A stretch of 64,000 nt of DNA from Lepidodermella squamata (taxonomy: Eukaryota; Animalia; Gastrotricha): contig JBLDXI010000009.1 of the NCBI GenBank assembly GCA_047495785.1, positions 3,410,001 through 3,474,000 of the forward strand, written 5' to 3'. This document shows positions 38,528 to 53,121 of this stretch, one piece after another. The number at the start of each line of letters is the position of its first letter. Positions within the stretch are counted from its first letter, which is position 1. The notes under the pieces were generated by a model. That model was not told the origin of the DNA, made no database searches, and saw only the letters and a list, made by a program, of their open reading frames with translations. The position numbers were made by a program, and so were the translations under genes.

Positions 38528-38651
38528 CCGTAAATGTTGGAATACAAGCCCGGGCTTCTAGATTTTCAATGTCCAAAAAAGGGAGAAAAACTGGGCCTCT
38601 ATTCGAGTAAGGCTGCTATTCGCGAATGGGCCAGTATTTGGAAATTTAGGG
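38528..38651. mobile_element. Small Tc1/mariner-superfamily MITE
   Basis: TA-flanked imperfect TIRs CCGTAAATGTTGGAATACAAGCCC / GGGCCAGTATTTGGAAATTTAGGG. Confidence 0.45.
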
Positions 38652-41600
38652 TATTTATTTCAGATTTCAGTTACCTGGCACCCAAAGTTTAAGGTGGAAA
38701 TTTCGGTGTTCAGATTCTCAAAGGTGCTGCATGTATCGAAAAATCACGGATATCGGCACTGGCAGCCGGATAGCAGCCGGATAGCACATCACGGATAGCA
38801 CAAAATAGTCGAGATCAAATTAGCACAATCGACCTTTATCAAATTACTTATTACCTAGCTTAAATCAGGCCAGTTTCAAACGTCAAACGTCATTTGTTCA
38901 TAACCAATACTGAACTAAAAAAAATTCCGCCATAATTTCAGACACTCTCTTCAAAACTCACAAATTTCTTCAAATTTCTGCATGGAGGAATCTAGCGTTT
39001 GCCAATGAACTTGCGATAGATATTTCTCGGCGTGATAACCGAAAATCTTGCAGCGAATCGTGATACCTCTGGCGACTTCTTCATATTCGTGAATAGTGAA
39101 AGAACCCGCAAAATAGTTAGGTTTTTCTATTGCACGCTCCCTCTCAGGTATCAACTTCTTGCGGTAATACCGATAAGGAGATTGGCTGTCGCACGTCAAG
39201 TCCCAGTCGCATTGGCAGCCTTTGAAAACACATGTGAAATTAGCTTTGTCCGAAACATCAACCGTAAAGCCCATGCATTCGCTCGAGCTGTCGCAATATT
39301 GCGCGCATCTGAGAAAATATGTATCAAATGTTATCCATTACTTTGATACGACCGATTGATTTATCAAGTAATCGAACTTACAAATTGATAGGAGAAATTT
39401 CAGAAGATGCCTCGATTATGTGCTTTGATTCCATCGACTTCAAACGCGTGTCCATGTGGCATGCTTCAAGGATGGTAAAATAATGACCACAAAAATCGGA
39501 ACTGCAATCGCAGTCGGAGTAAAAGCGCTCGTATCGCTTTAATACAGATTCTTCCGCTTGACAAAATACATAAATAATATATATTTCGGTCAGAAGATTG
39601 AAAAACAAACCATCGTCACACATAGGTACGTGGCAATAACCCCAGTGACCATTCTCGAAGTCGAGTTTATTGCCCAGTGGACAGTATAAAGAATACTGAG
39701 CATTGTCAGGATGCCGACAGTAATTGTTCGCCATCGAACCATGCGAGCCAAAAATGGCTTCTGGCAAAAAGATTTCACTGAAAAAGTTGAAACCCCCAGA
39801 AATTGAATTAATGTGTTGTGAAAACAGCCTTACCCGAATTTGAGTCCACTGCTATTCCATCGACTACAAGGTTCTCCACAAACAGTTTCTGCCAACGTTC
39901 CAACGTACTCAGTTCCTGTATGAGTCCTCCTACAAGCAGTCTCAAAACCTGAAAATAAAAAGGCTTGATTTTTTAACTTGATTCCAAAAAATTTCACATG
40001 AACGAAAATTCGAAATCATGTGACTTGTCTGATAAAAACTTTAGTAAATAGTAAACTATTAGAACAGCTCACTATTTTGCCGAGGTAGGTTCATCGCAAC
40101 GTCTAAATACGGACTGCTTAGAGATGATCTTTGAACGACTTCGCTAATTTGTTCAAATTGGACCCAGTATTGCCCCGTAACTCTCTTGGCAGCTTTTTCA
40201 GATTCAAATAGCCAAATTATCTTATCGTAAATTGATGAATTCCAGAAAAAATACAGCTCAACGCGAACATCGTTGACATGAAAGCTCATTGAAATATTCA
40301 ACGCCAATGCCAGGATATGATTCGATGAAATCATCGAGCCATTCACAGAGTTGAACAACTCGACGCTTTTGTTGCTTTGATTACTAGTTTGCATCACGTG
40401 AACCGATATATCACATAAATCAGTATCATTTCCAGAACAAAAGACGATCGGCTTGCGGCGGTAAAGCGTACAAACAAATGTGGCTTTTATTGGAGTTGCC
40501 CCAGCAAACTCAAGGGTAACATTGCGGCCAGCCTCGAAAGACGCATTCACACCGATCAATATTGAACATGAATCATCGAAAATTGCAGCCTCCACCGCTG
40601 GCAACTTGCTGGCATTATCGACTTCATTCATCTTGAAGGTATCAAATTTTGACGGGTTGTAAAGTTGATTAGAAAGATCAGGCCAGTAAGATGCAAGAAG
40701 CACATATTCAACTGACTTGGTAATGTCAGGTTTCACTGTGATTTTGAAGCCAACTGCAGGTAAAGAAATTCTCGGGTGATACCAAGATGGTACAGTCGAA
40801 TCCAATTTACAGGTTGACAAAACTTCTTCATCATCTTTCAACAATTTCACGACAGGATAACAGAGCTGAGAATTATAGTGCAAAATAGCCGCATTTTTGC
40901 CGTAACAACGCAAGAAAAGCGTAATATTGCCAGTTAGAGATGGAGGGACGGTAACTCGAACGCCATAGTTGGACAGCTCGAATGTTGATGAAGTAACGAA
41001 TCGCGCCAAGTCGCCTCCGTGCATCGAAAAATCGCAGAATTTGGTTGTAGCTTCGAATGTAACAGCGTGATATTCAGCTTGATTAGTGGCTGAATTTATG
41101 CATCGATACAAGCCAGAATCTTCAACCTGAAATGATGTCATTCGCAGCTTGTACGAATTGCCGGCTAGAAAATCATTGGCATGAAGAAGAAAATTGATCA
41201 TTTCCGGAGATCGATTAGCTTTGCCAATATAGCCGATTTCCCCTGAAAATCAGCAAAATGAATTAAGGAGCCAAGAATTATTTATATGCAAATAATAGAG
41301 AACGAATTGATCAGAGCAACACTTGCAAATGCGTAATTGCGACGAATAAATTTCAATTATTTTTCGAAAAGTGCATCTTAAAAATGAAAATTGTTATATT
41401 TTTGAACCGAGAAAATCCCCATTGTGTACGTTGGCGTTTCTTTGACAATTTCATTCAGCAATAAACAAACTTTGCCCTCTTGGATGTCGATGCCGATTGG
41501 TAGAAAAGTGAGCGACTTCTTCCTCTTTATAATCGTGAAAATATTAGCCCTTGGTTGTTAATGGGTTTTGTTCTGAAAAATTTCAAATCATTTGACCTGA

Positions 41601-41830
41601 CTTTTGCGGGTCAGGCGAAGTCAAGCAGAGCCATTTGATTGTGCATGACAACCCCACGGGGACTACTATCGCATAAAAATTGCCGAATTCTTTGATGCCG
41701 CAACTTATTAATGCCGGCCGGTTCACTGATCAACAGCGTTTACTGTCAGAAAGAAATTTAAAAGTTTCTGGCCTTCCCAAGAAAAAAGACAGTCTAGTTT
41801 TATCTGCGGAAGCATAACCTCCTTCAAGCA

Positions 41831-42115
41831 GGGGCACACATTAGTTCAGTGGATAGCTGTCTGCTGTGCACTGAGAGTCAAGGTTGATGGGCGCGAGTTC
41901 GATCCCAACCCGGGTCGACCGTGATTTATCAATGACGCTCTACCCCGACAGTGGCCGGCCACTCCATCTTGTTACAAAAGTGAAAAGTTGTAGACTATAA
42001 GAGTGTCAGCGAGGCTGCACTAATAGCTACCTAGCTGTCCGTCTCAAGAGACCCCGCAAACGACCCCTAAGAGCGCTCTTTCGGGACCATCCATTCAGTC
42101 TCAAGCAAGGAATTT
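41831..42115 (+). mobile_element. tRNA-derived SINE in G3 intron 2
   Basis: GGGGC start, A box TAGTTCAGTGG and B box GAGTTCGATCC followed by a non-tRNA body; 3' end approximate. Confidence 0.6.
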
Positions 42116-44313
42116 TCGATTATCCTTCAAGTATCTCGTATGTTCAAGTTTAGGCCTAAACATATTTCGCCTTGTGAGTTTACGAGTTCCCCGTCAACTG
42201 TCAAATTCTAGTCAAATTTTAGACCAAGGAAACGCATCTAATTCTAAAGCAACTGAATTCGCCCAAAGCAACTGAATTCGCAGGTGGAAAATCGAAGAAA
42301 AATTGAATGAGTCAAGGGTCTTTTACCGGTAAATTCAGGGCGGAATTCTCCAGTATCATTTCGAATTCCGCGAGGCATCTTTCGTTAGAATACAGAGTAT
42401 TTAGCAAGTGTATCTCTCTTGATAGCTTCGAAGCAAATGCCGACCAAGGCCTGCATTTATTATTATTTTGCTACAACTGGATTTTACCTGAAGAAATATG
42501 AAAAAATGTCGCGCTTTGGAAAGGATATAATTTCACAATTGCTAGGTAAACAATGCACGCTAATCTTACTGATCATGGGGCAAGAAAATATGGTTTTTCC
42601 CAATTCCCTCGGTTGATTCGGCCTATTCTTAGGTATGTGAACTCACACTTCGATAGAAATTGTTCTCCAATTTGCTTTTCCCAGAAGAAATCTTGATGAT
42701 TGGCGCTATTTCTGAGTAATCCGCAATCCAACTCAAAAATCGTTCGCTCTATCGCGACTCGGTGCTCACGAAAAGAAGTCCAAACATCTATATCACCTTT
42801 TCGTATAGCAAGAACTAATGGAAGGTGATCACCCTGCAATTAAAAAATTAACCTGGTTCGACACCCATACTGATATTTGCAACGTAAGTCCTGCCGTAAA
42901 GTGAACTATCGGGTTCTTTGTAGTATTGGAAAGCGATGCGATAAAAACCTTCCAAACTGATCTTGCGGTTGAAAAAATATGCAATAGCAGTCTGCTCATT
43001 GAAAAACGAGTATTCTATTTTAAGATATCCCAAGTCCAATTCATCGATTCCTGCGCCCCATCGAATTTTCGCACTGATGCCGCGACCATTTGGTGGATAT
43101 ACGTTGAGCCCGGGTGACACGTAATCAATCGTGCGGTCAGCACAACCGTCCTTCCAAATGAAAACGGAAGGATCGCATATAGCATTGGAATTATTAGAGC
43201 AACGCTTAAAATCGTCGAGTTGATCGAGAGGAATTCGGCAATTGGCACCGATATTCAACTGAGTCGAGTACTTCGACAGCTGAACTGCAACTTGTTTAAC
43301 TTTCGGTAGCAAAAAGCCGTTGATTGATACTGAACAGTCAATGTCGATAGTGTTATTTTCGCTTTTGATCCGCTTTGGCTCGGAGAATGAATGCTTAGGG
43401 CAAATGTCAAGAAAGCGAAGGGACGCGTTAACCGGTCGACATAAAATTACGCATTGCTCAACTTTCCGAAATTGAGGCCCGTATAAAAAATAAGGCAAGC
43501 ATTCTTCAGACTCGCAAAATTTGTGCCCCTCCTCGATGACCTGCTGCCAAGTCATGCCAGTCCAATTTCTTGGGGAAAGCGAAACTTCTTGGATCAACAA
43601 ATTATCAATCAATTGCTTCGAGCCCTTATTCTTCCTATAATAGTTTTTGACTGTATAGTCAATTTTATACTGATAGGAAGCGTCTCGGACACGCTTCGAC
43701 GTAATTGAACCCGGGCAAGCAGCCTTGACGCTGAAATTAAATCCCAGATTATCCAGAAAATGAGACTGCAGATTTAGCAGGCTGTTTGGAAATAAATGCT
43801 GGCGCGGTGCAAACGATAAGACTGATTGGTTGTATGGTGTTTTCCAATTCAGCCTCACTCTAGTGGATCCCACAAGTGCGCCATCACAACTCGTATAGTC
43901 AATGCCAACCTCGTTAAACAACCAAACTGGTATTTCAACAGTCAATACTCCGGCATTGAAATTGAAGGAGATATCAGGCATCGAAGGATACACTGAATTA
44001 GCATTCATTCGAATTCTTCGGCCACCTAGATGGAAACTCAACCATGGAGGAGTTTCAGTCGTGGTGAAAGCCGTGAGAGTAGGCTCGCCAAGGTCTTCCT
44101 TCTGGAAGCAATTTTCTTCCTGAATACGGAGTGAGGAAAAACCGCCGGGCTCCTGATCATTCAGCGGCACCAGCATTTTGAAATCAATGATGCCGAAACC
44201 ATTGACATTACCAATTATTGGAGGCGCCGAAACAAAGCAAATTATTGCAAATTTCACAATATAATTCATCTAAATTACAACATAATGATTACGCCTGATT
44301 GTCAAATTTTAAA

Positions 44314-47300
44314 TTATGAAAAAAATTGGCAACCGGAATATAAAGCAAAACAAAACAAAACTTTTGAGTTATGCTTGAAGATTATAGAATTCGAAGAGGA
44401 TGGTAAAACCTGGGGCTGCGGATCATTTTTTACATTTTCAATAAAATACGCATCTCGCCATGCAGTCGTAGGAATGTAACGGAAAGAAATTGTAAGGTCA
44501 GACAATTTCACGCTTTCATCTTTCAGCTCGATGGCGATTTCCAGATCTCTCCAATTAGTCCAAGATAAATGTATAGATAGACCGTAAGATCCATTTTGAA
44601 AGAGAGGCCAGCTTTGATAAAGCATATTCTCAGGCCCTCCGCGATAAATATTAACAACTGGATTGCAAATTTCCATCGAAGCGCAAAAGCCGACTCGACG
44701 ACCCACATCGGCGACAAAACATTGAATCGATAACGAGGTCACCTGCGCGAGCTGTTCGCGATATTTAGCCAGAAAGATTGTGTATTGTGGAGGATCGTCG
44801 AAGAAGTGACCCATCGATATCGAACCAATTTTACACCTTGGAGGGGAGAAAACTTTCAAGATATTATATTGCATCGGCTTTCCAGGCGGTCCGAACGTGT
44901 AAACACCCTCGTGTTCCAGCCGGTCAATTTTTCCAAGTTCGATCCTCAGAGCTGGAAGGCCGCCACTGGAAATTGAAGTGAAATCACTATGAATTGGGTG
45001 CATTTGATGATCAGCAAAAGAAAGCGCAAACTGCCATACCCAGCTTGAGCAACAATTCGGATGTTTAGTCCAAGAATCTTCTGGTGCTATGGTGTAAGTG
45101 TAACCATCTTCCTTTTCAACATGGCTCATTATCACAATCGGGAAGCTATTTTCAGCTTTTATTGGGGCGATATTTGACCATAATTTCCGGTAATAATAGG
45201 CGAATAGCGGGCCATTTTCACATTTCCGGTCGATAGTCGCCTCGGAGCAAGCGCACTCGGTTGCATTTTCAAAAAATCCGCAATTGAACGATAAATCGTC
45301 CGCATTCTGCCAATAATTGAATCCGATACACAGTTCTGAGCTGTCGCAATCTTCTCGGCAAATTCCAACATTTTGGACTTTCACGACGTTGACTGGGTTA
45401 CATCTATTGCATGGGCCGATGAACTTCTTGTAACGCCCTCCAAATGAGTCGTCGACCCAATTATCGCAAGATGGAACATCGCAAAAATCTTTGATCAAAT
45501 TATTCGATTTAGGTTGCTTGACATAACAAAACGGCATGCTCAAATTAAAGCCGGGTATAATTCGGCAGAAATTTTTTGACGAAATCAGAGGTAAAGATCG
45601 GTTGGAAAATAAACTAGGGTCAAGGTTACGCCAGACTTCACAAGGCAAGTTGTAACACGCCGATTTCTTCACATTTCCAACATAAGCCTGAACATTGTTT
45701 GCGTAAAAGCAATCGGCTGAAATATCTCGCCGATAACGCGAAGGCGCAACCTTAACATCGACGCTTAATGTGATATGCTGTTGTTTCGCGAAAGGATCAC
45801 CGACAGTCACGCTGAAAACGTACAGCCCCGCCATAGATTGGCGTAGATTCTGCAAATCCGTGAAAAATTGCATGTAGTTCATAAATTTCATTTCAACAGT
45901 AAACACGTTCTCCTCGAATCTTTCAGCCTTGAATTTGATCGGGGTTTGCAAAACGATTTCCCGATCGAATGACAGCTTAAACTTGAGCATTTCATTGAGA
46001 TTATGCGCCTTGGAGGCGATGTTAATGTAAACCGGGTAACACGGGATCAGTTCAGGATTTTCGTTTGTAGGACAGAAGAAAGTGTTTTCCGGTATGGCAA
46101 CAAAAGCGAAAATAACGGAAATAATTGAGCCAGGTTCGATACGAAGTTCAAAGTGAAAATTTTCCGTCCCAGGTTCTCTAACTTCAAACCATTTCGAATC
46201 GTCCCAGTATTGAACCCTAACAGAAGCATTAAACAAATGATCGGCTTCAGATGGTGGAAGTTCAGAGGCCATAATAGACAGCGAGGTGGAAGTCCGTAAA
46301 CTCGAAGTAACAGGAAAAGGGATGAATTGAAGCTGGAATTTGTAGTTTCCAGGGCTATTGGCTGGGAGTTCAACGATTGCATACAGTAGTCTCCTGGTCT
46401 CGTTGAAATAAGACCTCATTACAAAGGCAGCAGGTTCGCCACTTTCTGATCTTATTGAAATCAAAGGATTGCAAACGCCCGAGTCGCATGGTTCCACTTT
46501 TCTAAATCCAACATCGGTAACCCATGCGAGTTCGATCATTTTCGAATTAGCACCCACGGCTAATTGGATCTCGAAGATTCCGAAGTCTTGTTTCAAAAAC
46601 GTATTGTTGAGCAATATTCGGCTTTCAAGTCGTCTGTTAACAGTGATTTGGTGATATTCAGAGCTACCATTGAACACGCAACGGTAAAGTCCAGAGTCAG
46701 ATTCCAGTAAGTAGCTCAGATTAGGACGTATCGGCTTCCCCGTAAAATCCAGATACAGCCCCCTACCAGTAGTCTGATTTACCGTCCATCGATAGTTCGA
46801 TAGAGCTGAAATAAACGCAAAATATTAAACCTGATCAGCTTGCTATTTGATTTCTCACACCTAAAAATTTTCCACCTCCGGAACCTAACATCTCCGAACG
46901 AGCCTGGCGCCTGTATTCTCGACTGGCGTACTCAGCAATTTGACAGCCGATAAAAATATCCATAGAATTTTCTTCGAATTCGTGAACTGTGAAGGTTTCG
47001 GTATCAACAATCGGATCGGCACCAAGTTCTGAATAGTCTCGCTTGCGATAATAGTGCAAAGCTGAAGTACTGCTACAACCTGGATCTTTGCAATTGCAGT
47101 TCTTGAAAGTGCATTTCAAGTTGCGGCGACGGGAGAAATCTACAACAAATCCTGAACAGTCCAATCTATAATCGCAATATTCAGCGCATCTAAAAAATAC
47201 GTTAATAGGCAAGATGACATTAACGAAAATGGGAATTGTAACCAACGTTTTCACAGACGGGAAATCAGAGTCAACGTAATAGTTCCGAAAGCGCCTGTTC

Positions 47301-50300
47301 GCCAAGAAACACTTGTCTCGAAATTCTGAAATCGAGCAGTCTTCATATTTGATGTCACTCCCACAATCACACGGCGCAAAAAATCGGTCATATCGTTTTA
47401 AAACTGAGTCGTTCTCTGAAAAAAAGCGTGGAAATGGTTATATTCGATCAGAATAAAAGAATGTCAGAGAGGTAGGAAAAAAGAAGGAGGTTATCTTACA
47501 CAATTTGGCGTAAAATAACTTATGCACGAATTTTTATTATTATATTTCCTAAGATTGGCAAATGGCTTCAAATTTACCTTCGCCGCAAACTGGGACGTTA
47601 CAATAGCCGTAGTTGGGCACTCCAACGCGAGGACAGTACAGCAGATGAGGCGAGTCTCCGGGATTTCGACACATGTTTCCAGCTGCAGACCCCTGTCGAT
47701 CAAATACAGCTTCGGGTATCGCAAGATCACTAAAAAAATGGAAAAATATGTTTAATAATTATTTTCTCGAAGAATTGGGGAATAATTACGAAATGCCGCC
47801 GCTCGGTATGTAGCTACTACTATTCCAATTGCTACACGGTTCCCCGCACACCGTTTGGGAGATAGAGCCGACATATTCGTGGCCAGGGTAAGTTCTTCGG
47901 CAAGTCGTCTCAAATGCTAAAATGAAAAAGCAAAATAATAATATTACGCAAAACTTAAGGACGATCACTTATTAGGACTAAGTAGGATAGTTTATATTTA
48001 AGATATTTTTTCTAAATTATATAGTGATCCTTCACGTTTTCCAGATTTTCGGCTTATATAGTTTGAAATTATTTCAAATATTTAACCAAGTTTTCGAGGC
48101 TTAATCAGGTTTCAGGCAACAGCCTGGGTAGGTATTCATGCCACTATTTTCTTCATTAGATTCACAGTATGTGCATTATCGAGGAAAACGGCTTCACCTT
48201 AACCTCAGCACCTGAGAACTGAGCAATCAGAAGAGCTTTAAGCGCGAAATGTTCAAGTTGGGAATCCTCGGTCGATCGAATCCTCGCGTTCCAAAGATTA
48301 CTATCACGTACAGGATCGGCATTTTTGCCGCAAGTCGGAGGCAAGCTGGGATCTTTTGAGGACCACCGTGTTCAGAATAAGCAAACAACTGATGACAAGC
48401 CGTATTACCTCGTAATAGTTCCACCATCGAAAACCACCCGTACCACCATTCTTAATCTTTAACTGAAGACGACGTAATTCGTAAGTTGCTTGAAGTACGC
48501 CGAGTCGCGTTCCAACGGAAAGGGCAACAATCCAGATGCTAAAGATGCCTCGGCTCGATGAAGAAGCAAGATGATCGACTAAGGTGGGAAAGATAATGTC
48601 AAAATGCTTTCCCCAAGGTGCAAGCTGTGGATAAATATTATAATTATAGAAGTCCAGTTAAACGCTTTTTGAATTTTTTTCAACAAAGATTTAATCATGT
48701 TTTTCATCATTTTCATTTTCATTTTCATGTATGCTATTTCACGTGGGCATACATCTCCCTCTGTAAACCGAACGCCGAGGCCGGGCGTTGGTCGGCCCGA
48801 CTACGACTATCCTGGGCCACGACACACATTGATCCCTACGCCCTCTTCTAGAGCATACATCCCGTACCTCTAGCCCCAGAGAGCCCCGAGCAATTGTTTC
48901 AAATTGCACTCGAGTAGCAATTTTTTTATACTCACCAGTGGATTGCTAAACCACCGTCGGGCGACGTCAGTGGGCGTTGAACCCACGACCTCATGCACAT
49001 AGGCTAGCTTCCTTATCCACTAGGCTAGTGCTCCCCATGTTTGGCAGTAATTAATATTTTCAAACCCTTTCCAGTCGTTTTGTTTTAAAAGAAAACCAGT
49101 ATGCTTTTCTTCGTTCAATTTCGGATCCTCAAGTCGAACCTATCGTGGTTCCGGGGGTTTCTTCACTAGCACATCAAAAGAAACTGTTGCAGCTCATGCC
49201 ATCAAATGTGATTACGCTCGCAGTGAAAACTCAAAAACTTGAGCGGTGTTTTTTAATCATTCGGCACGACTCATCAACCACAGCGAATATCAAATCAGCC
49301 CATGTTACTTTTGCTCTGTTGACTCCACTTTTTATGTTACGACTTTCGGTGGCCCAAAAGAGTAACAATGACATTTTTCATTTGAAATTTTCAGCTGAAG
49401 ATTTACAAGGGGCAGGAGTACGTTCACTTTCTCGCGCCGGCTTCCAAGACTAACCACGCTACACCTGGAAACCCGAACCCCGAAAGGCCGGAATTCGACA
49501 TTCGGCTCGTAAGGCAATGCATTCTGCCCGAATAACTTCTCGCTCCTACAATGGCGGGTGTGACGAAAAGCTTATACGGCAAATGACTGGACACAAGAGC
49601 GCTGCCCTCCATCAGTATCTCCATCCAGATCTGGAAAAGGCGCCTGATAAAAATGAGCTATTTTCGCTCCAGTAGCCCTAAAATAGCAGTTAAAATGGAT
49701 TATCTATATTCGAAATATAGACGATTCATGTCAAAAATATAGACATATAAATGTATGTATCTAAATCTATATTTGAAATATGAAAAATATGAATCGCCCA
49801 CTCAAAGCGAAAAATATGAACACAATGATATTTGCCGGGTTTTCGAAATTCTGGTCTTTTTCTCTTCGATTGTTAGTAATGAAAATGACTGCTAAGATAA
49901 CAGTCGAAACATCGTGCAAAACAATAAAAACGCTACAAATTACAAACAAGCTTATTTTTCTCTTCATTTCGCAAATTTTTACGATTCAAATATCGCAGGT
50001 CTACGCTATCACGAAATAGGTAGGCCCCATACGGTAGCACTTGGCCTTGGCCTTTCCACAGTAGCCCGAGCGTAGGCTTAGCTAAGGCCTATCGTAGGCC
50101 TATGACCCCAACGTAGCCCTAAACCTGCCCGACTCGCGTATTTTTTCGATATGAACTGAGAAGTTATTTTCGACCTCTGGACTATAACTTACCATTCATA
50201 CGAGGTGACTTCATGTGAATATCCAAATGAGGCACTTCGTCAGCTAGATGCATCACATACTCGCCAGTGTGATTGAACGAAACGACGTAGCGCCTTGAAA

Positions 50301-53067
50301 ACGGATTGGCAGCGTCAATCGACCGGAATTTTCGCACATATTCAGCGTAATGAGGTTGCAATTGAAAAAACGCCAACGTCATATTGACCATGTTCATTTC
50401 AATCGTGGGCTTCACACTCATGCTAACAATAAAACCAACATCTTTGGCTGAGGTTGAGTAGAATTCTTCATCCAAGTCGGTGTCCGAGCCGGAATAAATA
50501 TTATACGAATAAAGCTTGATTTTAGGATCGCAGAGTGTCTCATTATCTTCGCATAATGTCATCAGAGCGTGACGATTTAGGTTACAAACAAAGGTGGCAT
50601 TGATTTGAGTTGGGCCTTCAAATCTCAAGGTAACATTTTGACCCTCGTCGAAAGCACCATATTGACCAATCACGATCCTGCATTTGTCATAAACTGGAGC
50701 TATATCGACTGAGACATCGTAATATCCATCTTCATCTTGAAAAATCGTAAACACATCGAACTTGTTTGAGAAAAAATTAGCAGGTAGTTGCTGCAAAGGT
50801 GAAGCCAATCTAGCCAGGGTATAACGCTTAGCTTCAGAGACCGCATTAACTGTTAAAGTTAATTTAACCCCAGCAGTAGTGCTAGTATCCAGCGAATAAT
50901 AGGGGGTTGTTTGAAACAAGAGAGATTTGCAGGAAGTATAAACCTCAGCTTGATTTTCGAACAATTTAAAATTCGGTCGACATAGCGCAGGTTTATCAGC
51001 AGGAATCGCTAGGCTTTGATTGTAGCACCGCATTGAAAGGGTGATTTCATCGTCATAAGGCGGCTGAATGATGATAGTAGCGCCGTAGGAACTCAGTTGA
51101 AAAATTCGATCGCCGATAGATTCCGTCAGAGGCCCGCCATAAATCGTGAGATCGCAGATTTTTTCAGATATTTCAAATTTAATCGAATGATATTCAACAC
51201 ATTTTATGGCATCCTGGATATTGATGCAGCGATAGAGGCCAGAATCCATCGATGTAAAATTTTCCAAGCGTAAGATGAAGCGATCGCCTTTTAACGTTTC
51301 AGTCGCATGGTCGAGAAATGACTTCATTTCAGGTGAACGATCGGCTTCATTGATTGAATCGATGTCCCCTTTGAATATAAAAATTAAGGATTTTTTATCC
51401 TAATTTGATAAAATCACTTACATTTTGAATAAAATTTATCGCCAATCCGCTTTTCCCAATAGACATCCCGGTATTGATCGGCATCGAAAAATTCGCAATT
51501 CAGATCTACAAATCGATCTTCCATCATAAAACGCCGTTCAACAAACGATACTCGTTCATTTACAGCCGCGTCTAGAAATAGACTTTAAGAGGAATTCGGA
51601 AAACACAAAAGGAACGGTACCTGAGTTGTCATTCACGGCGATTTCACCTAAAAGATTACTGCGGCTCAGACCAAACAACTTCTCTTTAACGAACTGAAGA
51701 ACCACTTTGTAGACGCCATCCAATTTGAAATCACTCGAAACATGAGCAGAAATATCAGAATTTCGACCAAAAATTGGAAAACTAAGCGCGAAAAACTGAT
51801 AATCATCACTCGATTGGACAGATGCCCACTTGGCTTTAGCGCCAGTATCAGCAAGTTTCAGCTCATCCTCGATAATATTCATAAATGTTGAAGATCTGGC
51901 CGAGATTCCGTAAGCTTCAAATATACGCCGTTCATCTTTCAGCAGCAAAATCTTCGGATCACAAAATGCCCTGGAATTATTAGGGCACAAAATCATTTCG
52001 CGGATTTGGCCGTAAGGAACTCGGCATTGCATGGTCAGATCGAACTGCTCGACAAGAACCGGAAATTTAACCGATATATTCTTGGCCCCAGGTATCTCAA
52101 ATCCGTTGATATAAATCGTGCAGTCGATATCGAAAGATCTCTTGAAGTCGTAATCCGGATGACTTCGAACTGGGCAGAAAATCTCCAAATGGCGTAGGGT
52201 TGCATTTTCCGGCCGGCAAAATATGCCGCATTGTTCATATTTCCGAAATTGAGGTCCGTAAAAGAAATACGGCAAACATTGGTCAGATTCACAAAACGTA
52301 TGGCCATCAGCAACCATAGCCTGCCACGATTTCCCAGCCCATTGCCAGGCGTTGTCAGAAAAAGGCTCATAAACGAGCTTGAACTCGACCAGACCACCTT
52401 TTGAACCATCTGGATTCAAATAGTAGTTCTTCAAAGTATAATCGGTGTTTAAAAAATAATCTTGACTATGAATTGGGAAGCTGTCAATTGAACCAGGGCA
52501 AGCGGCTGAAATGCTGTAATTGAAACGGCCCCATTCTCGAAAGAAAGCCGTGATATTCAGTGGTCTCATTTGCAAGAATTCACGCATTAGGGCCAGTCTT
52601 AAATGCGGCCCTTTGAACGTTGAATTCCATCGTAATTTCACGCTAGTTTTCGATATATCCACGGCATTTGAGCAGCTTCGAAAGTCGATTCCTAATTGAG
52701 CAAACATCCAAATGGGGAATATCACTTCGAAAGTTTGATTAGCCATGTTGAAACTGATATCAGGAGTTTCGGGAAATACTGAGGTAGAATTCACCCGAGT
52801 TCTTGAACCTCCGATGTCGAAGCTAATAAACCACGGCCTTCCACTTGACGGATTGAATGCTGTGAAACTCGGCTCATGCATCGCCCAGCGTTGGATGAAG
52901 CAAGACTCCTGCTTAACACGAATAGAGGCGAAACCGCCAGGTTCCCGATCTTTAGCCGGAACTAACATGTCGAAATCCACAATTCCAAAACCATCATCGG
53001 GATCATAGCTCAGCACCATGAGCATCAATGAAGCGTGAAAGATACATTTTAGCAAAAGATTCCTCAT
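44314..53067 (-). CDS. Array gene G2: intact Ig/kringle/PAN GPI-anchored protein, ~2013 aa
   Basis: Exons 53067-51621, 51571-51422, 51368-50193, 47916-47790, 47729-47578, 47415-47247, 47189-46861, 46805-44314 (6042 nt). Same motifs and intron phases (1,1,1,2,1,2,1) as the paralogs. Confidence 0.88.
48970..49035 (-). mobile_element. tRNA-derived SINE head in G2 intron 3
   Basis: Minus strand GGGAGCAC-TAGCCTAGTGG...GGTTCAACGCCC (A and B boxes); no complete cloverleaf. Confidence 0.55.
49499..49675 (+). mobile_element. Crypton-type tyrosine recombinase C-terminal remnant in G2 intron 3
   Basis: HSARK...YNGGCDEKLIRQMTGHKSAALHQY contains the H-x-x-R, GH and Y motifs. Confidence 0.65.
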
Positions 53068-53121
53068 TTTTACGCAAAAGCACCTAAAATTGAGGCAAAC
53101 AGTATCGAGGTTTCAAGTCAA

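Larger units (their letters stand above)
36553..44269 (-). pseudogene. Array gene G3: ~0.65 kb deletion plus frameshift in exon 8 (predicted anchorless ~1621 aa product)
   Basis: Exons 44269-42853, 42796-42647, 41242-40073, 39948-39834, 39777-39611, 39556-39382, 39308-38962, 38391-36553. Near 37120 kringle 2 (FCRALQGF) joins out of frame to VYLGP...PPQC; stop at 37067. Exon 8 is 1839 nt versus ~2500 nt in paralogs. Confidence 0.82.

Noticed and set aside
41831-41915. Functional tRNA genes here and at 48970-49035
   Set aside because: A and B boxes are present but there is no complete cloverleaf or acceptor stem; better explained as SINE heads.
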